Positions 38,476-47,913 of a DNA stretch of 64,000 nucleotides are shown piece by piece (the stretch's first letter is position 1; the number at the start of each line of letters is the position of its first letter). Source of the stretch: Glaucostegus cemiculus (lineage: Eukaryota); assembly GCA_976551045.1 (NCBI GenBank), contig CDPCPM010000215.1:3844001-3908000 (forward strand). The letters are read 5' to 3'. A program made the position numbers and the translations under genes. The notes under the pieces were generated by a model. It was not told the DNA's origin. It saw only the letters and a program-made list of their open reading frames with translations, and ran no database searches.

Positions 38476-40886
38476 GATGCAGGCATACTTTGTCTTGCCT
38501 TTCCGTATGCCAAAGCCTGTATTTTTGGGAAAATTTAGCCATGACATTTTGACACAGGTGCAGACATCTCAATGCTGAATGAAGATATTATTAGTGGTGA
38601 TGAACTAGATGAGCCAACAGAGACAATTAAAATCGTAGGCATACGTGGAAACGAGGTAGACTGCCCAAATTATAAAGTACTCATACAGATATACAGCATT
38701 TAATGAACAATAGAAGTCACCATAAAGTCTCCACACCAACTTGCCCCAGATCATACAAAACCAGCTCTTCTAATAGGATATCCTGGCATTTCCTATTGGA
38801 TTCGTACCATTATCAAACCAAAAACCGATGATATTGTACCAGATGAACGAGACATTCATATCCAGAAACAGTTAAACTATCAGAGCAAAATTAAAAAACG
38901 TCTTGTACAAATGTTGTGACCACCTGCAACAACACCCCAACCACTGTGGGTTGGTCGATATTGAACCAACTAAATCTGGATGCAATCCATTTCCACATCA
39001 GAAACTGTGGTATATGTTTTCCTCCGTTCAGGCAATCTTTACAAGAGACTGTAGACTCCCTCTGTAAGCAAGGAGTAGTGATAAAAGAACCTTCTCGAAT
39101 TAACTCACCCATGTTTGGTGTAGGAAAACCTGACAGACAGTGGCGATTGGCCATCGACTATATTGACCCAAATAAACACGCAGAGCTTAATTCAGTCCAA
39201 CAGCAGTCATTACAACAAAAGTTGCAAAGATTAACTCATAAAAAATATAAATCTTGCATAGACCTAGCTCATGGCTTTTGGTCACACTGAATTCTTGAAA
39301 ATGACAGCCTTTGCAGCTCCTGATGGTTCACAGTATCAGTGGACCAGACGAGGTTTTTGGATTAGTCCACAAATATTTTCAGTAGGAGTTATTCAGACAC
39401 TACAGGGCATACCAAATATTTGTGCATATGTAGATGATACATACTGCACAGCAGATAGATTGGAAGAGCATTTAACACAAATCAAGACTGTCATTAAGAA
39501 ATTGACGGGCAGAAGCTATGTAATTAACATTAAAATATCTCAACTCTGCCAATCAGAAGTAGATTTCCTCGGCATGTCAATTACAAATGAAGAATGTGGC
39601 TTAACCCCCGAATTTAGACAGAAGGTTGCTCAAGTGGGATATCCAAAGACCCTAAAAGCTTTACAATCAATTATGCTAGAACTTTCATTCCTGACTATGC
39701 CTGTATGACAGATGTGCTCCAAAGAATGAAAACCCTGTTGCCTTTACTCCAGATTATTATGAGACACTAGTAAAATTGATGAACACAGTTCAGTTAGCAA
39801 TAGACCTCCAGACAAGTGACCTCAAAATCTCTTGTTTTACATATCAGTGCTTCTCCTAAATCTGCTATAGCATGGGAGAAGAAATACACTATGCCTCATA
39901 ATTTCACCCCAACAGAACAAAAATTTACCTCTTTAGAGTGATGTCTCACTGTGGTGTTCCAGACACCTTTTGTAGTAAGACCATTTCAGGGAGACGAACC
40001 AATTATCATACAAACAGAATTTATGTCTCTAAAGAAATGATAACATTTGGCATTTGGCTTAATGTGGCACAACATCCTTTAAGACACTACTCTGAAATAT
40101 GGTACTGTGATGGGTCAGCAATGAGAGTCCATGGAAATAAATCTACTAGGTTACAAGCAGGAGCATGGATTGTTAAAGGATACTTTTTATCTGAACCAGA
40201 ATTTGAACCTTATGAATTACAAGCTTATCCTTTAGGGAACCATCCAGTGCAATTGCTGAGACTAAAGCTCTAGAGATATGCTTGAGACAAGTAAATACAA
40301 CTCAACCAGATCTGCACTGACTCTAACCATGTCAGGAATGCAGCAGAAAGAGATCTCCCCATCTGGTTGACTACCAGATGAAGAACACAGAGGAAAGCCA
40401 TTTTCACACTTGTCCACATGGAAAGATATCTGAATTATTTTTGACTTGTCCATTAGTACAGGTGTAGCACATCCTGGGACATACTGCAGGCTGTCTACAC
40501 AGCTATGGTAATAAATTAGTTGATGAACAAGCCAAACAAGCTGTTGGGATGGAACTTACTGCGGTAAGGCAGGCCAGGGTTATGGTAGTAACTAAGCAAC
40601 AAAAAAAAGTAATCAAAACAATGTTTTAAGAATACTCCCAGATACTACTCAACCCAATCCAAAAGGATTTGCACCACAGTACAAGTATGGAACTGACTGT
40701 GAAGGTAAGGTTTGGGGATGCTGCCCTAAAAAAGGTAAACAAATACCTTCTTCTCATAAGCGGGAAGAATTAATTCGAGAAGTCCACCAAGGAGTTGGAT
40801 ACAGTTATGGTGGCGGACAAGCCTCTCATGTGAAATTAGCTATATTATACTGGTGGCCTTGCATGTTGACTGATAGCAAGCAATTT

Positions 40887-41627
40887 CAGAATCAGGATCA
40901 GATTATTGTCACTTTCATGTACACACACCCACACACCCAGCATACATGAAGGTGAGATATCGTACTCCACAGGCCAATGTGCAAAGACATTACAGACAGT
41001 AAAAGACAACAGGACAAAAACATCAAAACATTGGTACATCAACCAGCCCCAGCCTCACCCCGCACCGACGACCACCTCCAGCCCCGCAGTCCTACAAGCT
41101 CCGGGCCCACAGTCCGAACCGATGACCACCTCCGCCCCCGCAGTCCGAGTACCTCCACCCCCGCAGTCCGAACCGATGACCACCTCCGGCCCCACAGTCC
41201 AACTACCTCCGGCCCCGCAGTCCGAACCAATGACCACCTCCGGCCCCGCAGTCCAGGCCCCGCAGTCCGACGGCCGACGACCTCCGGCCCCGCAGTCCGA
41301 CGACCTCCGGCCCCGCAGTCCGACGACCTCGACCTCCCGGCCCCGCAGCCCGACGACCTCCGGCCCCGCAGTCCGACGACCTCGACCTCCCGGCCCCGCA
41401 GCCTGACGACCTCCGGCCTGGGCAGCCCCCTCCCCGCCCGCAGCCTGAAGCCACCACAAGACTCCAGGGCCTTTGACACGCTGGGCTCCAACGAGCTGAC
41501 GGTGCCGTCAGCACAAACAACGAATCCATAGAACGAACATCAAGCACGCAGACATCAAGAACAAAGAATAGAAGAAAAAAAAGAGCACAAAACACTAAAA
41601 GACTAACAAAACACATAAAGCACTACT
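40887..41627 (-). mobile_element. Non-coding Rex1/Babar-tailed retroelement fragment with GC-rich minisatellite, inserted in integrase
   Basis: The minus-strand 3' tail gtgacaataatctgatcctgattctg matches the Rex1 tail at 53750-53785. It is flanked by the TSD GCAATTT (40880-40886 and 41628-41634). Confidence 0.85.
41050..41420. repeat. CpG-rich minisatellite (core cctccggccccgcagtccgacga)
   Basis: About 12 variant units of roughly 21-33 bp; explains the overlapping Pro/Arg/Gly-rich ORFs in the track. Confidence 0.95.
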
Positions 41628-42528
41628 GCAATTTGTTGCAAATTGTAAAGAATGTCTGGCCTATAATAAAGGATCAGTTACAAAACCAAATGCACTATTG
41701 CAGGTGTGGCAAATTGATTAAATAGGCACATTTCTGGCATCCCAAGACAACCCATCTTATCGGAGACCAAATAAATATATTCTTGCCATAGTTGATCTTT
41801 GTACGGGATCTATGTAGTTAGTTCCCACTGCTTCTTGTAGTGATACCGCTACCGTCACCGCACTTCAGAACTCAATAGTCCAGCATGCTGGCACCCCTGC
41901 CTGCTTATATGCAGGCCAAGGGTCTTCCTTCATTGGTAAAGGCTCAGGCCATGTGTGAATCGGCAGGAATACAAGAGGAGTACAGCACTCACACCACCTG
42001 CAATCGGGTGGGGCAGTGGAGAGAAAGAATCAGAAGATTAAGAGGGCCCTGGCAAAACTGGTCTACTCTAGAGGTAAAAGACGGACTACACTTGTCCCTG
42101 AAGTTCAGCTATCTGTGAAAAACATGCTACTGGAAAAAATAGGAGTACATAAGAATCCTACACCTTATTTCTTAATAAATAACGTCCACCTAAATACATC
42201 ACTAATCGCGAAATTAGGCCAACCATCACCTACACCTGATAAAACTCTATTCAAGGAATTCAGAGAGTTTATGGGAACCCAAGAGATACCAAAAGAACCT
42301 GATAAGAAAGTTTGGATGCCACATAAAGGCGATTGGGTTCAAGAAAAGAAATTTCATAAAAACAATTTTGACCCTAGTTTCCATCCTAAATGGAAACCTC
42401 CTTGTCTATTTACCCAGATTATCGATGATAGGACTGTGGTAATCGAGACCGAGAGGGGAAACAAGACCAAGGAGATCTGTCTCCATCAATAATATTAAGT
42501 GTGCCCCAGCAGCATTTGTACACCCAGG

Positions 42529-44470
42529 ATGAGTTGGAACCCTTGTATTAAACATATACACGATTCCACCAATAGAACCCCCACATCTGATCGTAGACAG
42601 ATGAGATGTATTGAACAGATAAGACACATGCTTCAATCCAAAAAGCATAAAAATTCCTTTTCACTTGAAGAAGATCTCATGGATATGTTACCCAGAAATA
42701 GTACACCTAAAAAGCATTGTTGTTTTTCAAGCAAGAAACACCCGAACTCCAGAAAGAAATGTTGCTCTTGCTATACATTTCTTTTAATATTTATGCTTAT
42801 TACAATATTATTCAGTGCTACTTTACTTACCATTTGTTTTTTAACAGGTGAAGTAGCATTTACCACAGAGTTTGCCTCATCTGGCTCAGATACCCTTAAA
42901 CTTAATGATTCATAGAATATTAGATCTAGGAGATCTGTGAGCAATGATGATTCCAACTTAAATGCCACTAGATAGTTCTTATCCTTTGGTCATGTGTGGA
43001 CCAATACACTGGAACCCTTTGGCAAAGTGATTGTCAATATGATCACAAGATGGCTTTCTCCTACACATCTTCTGATTTTCAGAACCCTTTCCACCATCTC
43101 CAAGACAAACGTCAGGAGAACAATTGAAAACACTCCACCTGCTCCAATACTTAAGTGTCAAGAAACACAACACTGTCCAGAACAAAAATCCTGACCAATG
43201 TTTCGTGCACAACCCTGTACGTTCAGCCTCTCCATCAATGGTGCACAGTGATGACAATGTATATTCTTCATAAAATGCACTGTAGTTACTCATCATAGCT
43301 TCTTTGATTGCACCTCCCAAACATCAAACATCTACCACCTAGAGGGCCAAGGGAAGCATTGGAACGCCTCTACTATCAAACACCTCCCAGGTTTCCAATG
43401 CATCAACTTTCCAGTCATTGAGTGGAAATCCTGGAACTCCCTCTGTGGGAATAAGTTCAGTGGCTCAAAAAGGCAGGTTGCTGGCACCATAATCATTCAT
43501 TTAGAAATAAACTATATCTCCTGGCCTTGCAATGGCCAGCAATGGCCACATCTCACAAAAGGAAATAATTCTTGGTTTATGCAAGTTGTTGCCAATTTGA
43601 TGAGGTAGCAGGACATTGCTAGGACCTGTGCAACTATATCACAAATACACTCAAGGAACAGCTCATAATTCCATAAAAGAAACAAAGCAACAACTACATT
43701 TATATGCCCCTTATTACAGCCTTTGGTTATTCCAAGGTATGTTATAACCAACAAAATAGTTCTGGCATGCACTTATGGTAGAACTTTTTACATATATTGT
43801 AAGATTGAACAGAAGTTATTTTCCAGAAACTGGTTGAAGGTTTAATGTCCCCAGTTGAATTCACATGGGAGAGGATCTAGGTTTCAATGAATATCTCATC
43901 TCTAATACTGCAGCATTCCCTTGGTACTGCAATGAAATTTGTGCCTGGACTTTATGCTCAAATCCCTGGAGTGGGGTTTGAATCCTTGGTCTTTTGGCAC
44001 AGAGATGAGAGTATGATTCAGTTGACAGACTGCATGAGTCCCACTGAAAGGTCTGATTACTAGCTACCCAGTGCAGAGGTGATTACAATGACCAATAAAG
44101 GATGAGTAATCAGTCATCACCTTTGATTTTAAATGAGGTCAAACGAAAGGAACTGGAAGAGCTGGTCAGCAGATCCCCATCAAAATCCAATGGTCTAGCC
44201 ACACACAGCCAGAACGTTTTGAATGCAGCCCAACAATGTCACAAGTAGTTATTCAGGGGATTACGATGAGAGCAAAGTCACAGTTATTAACATTTGAAGG
44301 AGAATATATTGGAAAAGATATACATTTAGTCTAGACAACCTTGTCAGTGAAATAATGACATCATAAAACATTCTGCTCCTACCGGCGGGTGGATAGGTCT
44401 GTCTTTTTCTTGTTGAACAATTTATCTCTGTTAAATTGATGAAGCCATGATAGTACTTGATCTGAATCTT
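42529..44470 (+). pseudogene. env: env pseudogene with foamy-type leader peptide, internally deleted
   Basis: ATG at 42529 opens a long hydrophilic N-terminus, then a hydrophobic helix CCSCYTFLLIFMLITILFSATLLTICFL and furin site RSRR/SV (42922-42933). Matches to PFV: EPFGKVIVNMITRWLSPTHLLI to EPHPEPIVVKERVLGLSQILMI; LVIPRYVITN (43723-43752) to LVIPKHIYLN; IQGITMRAKSQLLTFEGEYI to LVGIIAKIK...SSGESI; LMKPMIV to YLKPILI. Confidence 0.8.
43860..44027 (-). mobile_element. SacSINE1/DeuSINE-like fragment inside env
   Basis: tgcagcattcccttggtactgcaatg...gcctggactttatgctcaaatccctggagtggggtttgaatcc...cagagatgagagt, homologous to 21840-21965 and 36080-36190. Confidence 0.7.
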
Positions 44471-45859
44471 TAAAAGAGGAGTACAATGGGGAGAAGAGGA
44501 AAAATTCTACCCTGATCGGATGACCATTATATATTAAATTTTACAATGTAGCTTTGTTGTTTATTTTTTCCCCATCAGCCCATTCACCACCAAAACTCCT
44601 GTCTACCCCAGCCTGTAGCATTGCTACCATAGATAAAGTCAGCAACCGGCAACAATTAGATGAGATACAAGTCACCCATCCTCCAATAATCTAGTTGTCA
44701 CAAAATTGTATTCAGAGAAATGATTCATATTCTTTCATATTGATGACTGTATTTTGATTAAAAGGAGGCTCAGATCAGCAGTAGCAGCAAATAAAGCAGT
44801 TAGCTCACAGCGAGCATACCCATCATTCTCCTTTTATGACCAGCCTGCTGTGTAGCGCACCACAAGCTCATGCTTACTTTGCAAGAGGCTTCTGAGTCCA
44901 TACATTACTGCTGAACTGGCCTGATGAGAGAGAACAAATATGAACCTGAGAGTTATTTTCTGGTAGCTTGTCTCAACAAGTTACCTGCCTGTGTAATCCC
45001 ATTACGATTCAATATTTGGGAGCAGTGAAGTGAAAATTATAGAAGCAAGCTTGCCCTCTTATTGTGAACATTTTGTGGGAAAATGAATGATTCAAGATAC
45101 TCCTTTGTGCCAGAACATTTTAGCATGAATGGAACCATTCTATACAGTAGCTTAAATCATAAATTTTACTCCATTATAAAGGCTGGAATATAAATTTAAT
45201 ATCAGAGTTTCCCAGGAGGAGCAATGAATCATGCAAGACATTTAAGGCCTCACAGAAATCCTATAGAAACATGCTAAAGACATTAACAAATATTGAACAT
45301 CAGGAAAAAAATAGTGGTCAAAATTTGTTATCACAATAACAGTACAGCTAATGGCATTCATCATTTATGCAGCAATGCTGCAGCAACTTCAGGTGAAGAC
45401 AGGTAGTGTTTAAAGATGGAAATCCAAAGGTCGCTGTTGAAATCATGTCATTCTGCTTATGGCCTTGAGAAAGTAATTGTCTAAAAGCATCAGTTATTGT
45501 CTGCCTCATCAATAATATACATTCAGCAGATGAAGTTCCCTGACTTCCATAGCTGCTAGCAAGCAAACTTATCAAAGAAAATTAAGTCATAGCATGTTTA
45601 AGTACCTTCTTAAAGATATAAAAACTGATCATCTGGGATACTGAAAATTAAGCAATACAATTTGGTAGAGATGTAAAATAAACTTTTTTTTAAAATATAA
45701 AAGAAAACTTTTCCTTTCTGTCTTGTTCCCTTTTTCCCTTTGTTCAAGTCCTTTCCCTCTTTGTTTTTCTATCTGTATTACTTTGACACTGAATTCTTCC
45801 ATTTACATTTCATTCTTAACGGTCTATAGGCAGGGAGGGATTCAGGACAATCTCTGTCA

Positions 45860-47140
45860 CAAGAGAAAATGTATTCAAAAAATTAATGGAGTGAAAGGCC
45901 AACAAAGCCCCTGGATCTGATGGCTTGCATTCTATGGTCTTGAAGGAAGAGACTGAAGGGATAGTGGATGTGTTGATTATAACCTATCAAGATTCTCTAG
46001 ATTCTGGAAAGGTCCCAAGGAAATGGATAACTGCAAATGTAAAGTCACTATTCAAGAAAGCAGGAAACCATAGACCAGTTAGTCTGAAATGTGTCATTAG
46101 GAAAACACTAGAACCTAACTTTAAGATTAAGAAAAATCAGAAGGTAATCAAGCAGATTTCACATATTCCATGAGAGTGAAAGAGTGTTAATAAATTTGCT
46201 TGAGTTCTTTGCAAATGTAACAAACAGGGTGAATAAAGGGGAATTAATAACAAGCTGCTGGAGGACCCGAGTGCATCAGGCAACATTCGTGGAGTGAAGT
46301 GGACAGTTGATATTTCGGGTTGAGACACTTCATATGGATGGGAGGGTTGATCTGAAAGGTATTTTATATGTCACCTTGTCAAAGGTTACTGAACAAGAAT
46401 GAACAGGGCTGCATGTAATATACTGACACAAACAGGGTAACTAACAGAAATAGAGAGTTGAGTTAAACGGGTCATTTTCAGAATGGCAATAAGTTGAGGG
46501 ATGTCACAGGAATCAACACTGGGATCTCACAAGATATATTGATTACCAAGTGTAATGCTGTCAGGTTTGGTGATGATACAAAAATAGATGGGTTAGCATG
46601 TTATGAGAAGGATATAAAGTGTCTGTAAAAGGATAAAGATAGGTTAAGTGAGTGTGAAAGAAGTTAGGAGTATAATGTGCGATAATGTGGTGTAGTCCAC
46701 TTTGGAGGGCAGAATAAACATGCAAATTCTTAATTAAATGGAGTGAGACCTGTGATCCTAGTACATGAAACACAAATGGTTAACATGTGGGTACAGCAAG
46801 TAATTAGGAAAGCCAATGGAATATTGGCTTCTATTGCAAGATTTATGAAGTATAAAAGTAGGAAAGTATTGACACATTTTCACAGGGAAGTGGCCATACA
46901 GTGTACATTTTTGGTCCCCATATCTCAGAATGATATTTATTCTTGCATTGGAGGAAGTGGAGAGAAGATTCACTAATTGATACCAGGAATGAAGGAATAG
47001 ATGGGTGAAGAAAAGTTGGATATATAATCACTGAGCTCTGGAAGAATGAGAGTTAATTGAATAAAAACATTTAAGATTCTGAAGGGTATTGACAAAGTAG
47101 GGATATCTAGAACTAGAAAGCACAGTTTCAGCATTAGAGG
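45860..47140 (+). mobile_element. Decayed CR1 ORF2 with an inserted Penelope terminal fragment at about 46250-46335
   Basis: KA.K.PGSDGLH.MVLKE, SLDSGKVPRKWITANV..LFKK, RFGDDTK and VQQVIRKANGILASIAR motifs. Confidence 0.85.
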
Positions 47141-47149
47141 AGATAAAGA

Positions 47150-47540
47150 ATCGGGGGCCAAGAACCGATCTTTGGAGCACTCCGTTAGTTATATCCTTCC
47201 AGTCTGAAAAAGACCTGTTCATTTTGACCCTGTCTTCTAGGTAATAACCAATCTTTAATCCATACCCCTTCATACCATGAGCTCTTATCTTTGCACCAGT
47301 CTTTTGTGTAGCACTTTGTCAAATGCCTACTGAAAATTCAAATACACCATACCTACACTTCCCCTCTATTGTCTCATTACATCTTCAAGGAATGCTAGCA
47401 AGTTTATCAAACATGATTTACCATTCAGAAAACCACATTGACTTGGTTTGATTACATTAAGCTTCCTTAATTTTCGACTCCAACATCTCATCAACAACAG
47501 ATGTTAAGCTAATAGGCCTACAGTTACCTGCTTAATTTAC
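47150..47540 (-). mobile_element. CR1 RT fragment
   Basis: The minus strand encodes FSDWKDITNGVLQRSVLGP and the upstream AFDKV region. Confidence 0.8.
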
Positions 47541-47674
47541 CCTAAACTGATGTTCAGGCCAAGACTGGATTATTCATTATTTCATTGAATGATGGAGCAG
47601 GCTCAAAGAGCCAACTAATCTCCTTTGAATCCTGTTTCTTCTGTTTTCTTGCTGTTAAACAAGAATTGTTGGGG

Positions 47675-47913
47675 GTTGGGATCCAAACTGGAGAGACTGA
47701 GGAAGAGGTGTTTGGCTCTCTAATAGAGAAAGCTTGTAGTCAGTATGAGGGGAAGGATAGGCAGGTGATAGACAAAGGACGTGCTCAGACAAACGGTTTG
47801 AGATGCGTCTATTTTAACACAAGGAGTATAGGTCTCTAAGGTAGGGACATGTTTGGAACAGCTTTGTGGGCCGAAGGGCCTGAATTCTGCTGTAGGTTTT
47901 CTATGTTTCTATG
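47675..47913 (+). mobile_element. Chimeric CR1 piece: ORF2 endonuclease start joined directly to a 3' tail
   Basis: GLRCVYFNTRSI (about 47795-47830) is immediately followed by gtctctaaggtagggacatg...gggccgaagggcctg...ttctatgtttctatg. Confidence 0.7.

Larger units (their letters stand above)
38476..42492 (+). pseudogene. pol: pol pseudogene: protease, reverse transcriptase, RNase H, integrase (foamy-like)
   Basis: PR: HFDTGAD with D at 38551. RT: LCKQGVV, KPDRQWRLAIDY, KKYKSCIDLAHGFWSH, IPNICAYVDD (YVDD 39427-39438), VDFLGMSIT, PKTLKALQSI. RH: WYCDGSA (40100), PLGNHPVQ, GNKLVDEQA. IN: PKGFAPQY, LYWWP, CKEC, WQID*IG, KYILAIVD, VERKNQKIKR, WMPHKGDWVQE, PKWKPP, RTVVI. Multiple stops and frameshifts. 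Confidence 0.95.
37100..44470 (+). mobile_element. Endogenous foamy-virus-like (spumaretrovirus-like) provirus, degenerate
   Basis: LTR remnant, PBS, gag, PR-RT-RH-IN and env occur in retroviral order. Pol and Env segments align by eye to PFV Pol and Env. The outer boundaries are uncertain and no 3' LTR copy was found. Confidence 0.92.

Noticed and set aside
41050-41420. Repeat array that could be mistaken for CRISPR
   Set aside because: No unique spacers, no cas genes, and a eukaryotic context; it is a minisatellite.
40906-41616. Five overlapping Pro/Arg/Gly-rich ORFs of 134-184 aa on both strands
   Set aside because: They are artefacts of a stop-poor GC minisatellite inside a TSD-bounded insertion, not viral accessory or host genes.
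38476-42492. Alternative call as Ty3/Gypsy or gamma/epsilon ERV pol
   Set aside because: A tether plus retroviral-type RNase H, foamy-like motifs across RT, RH and IN, a Lys-type PBS and a leader-peptide env all favour a spumavirus. Phylogeny is still needed.
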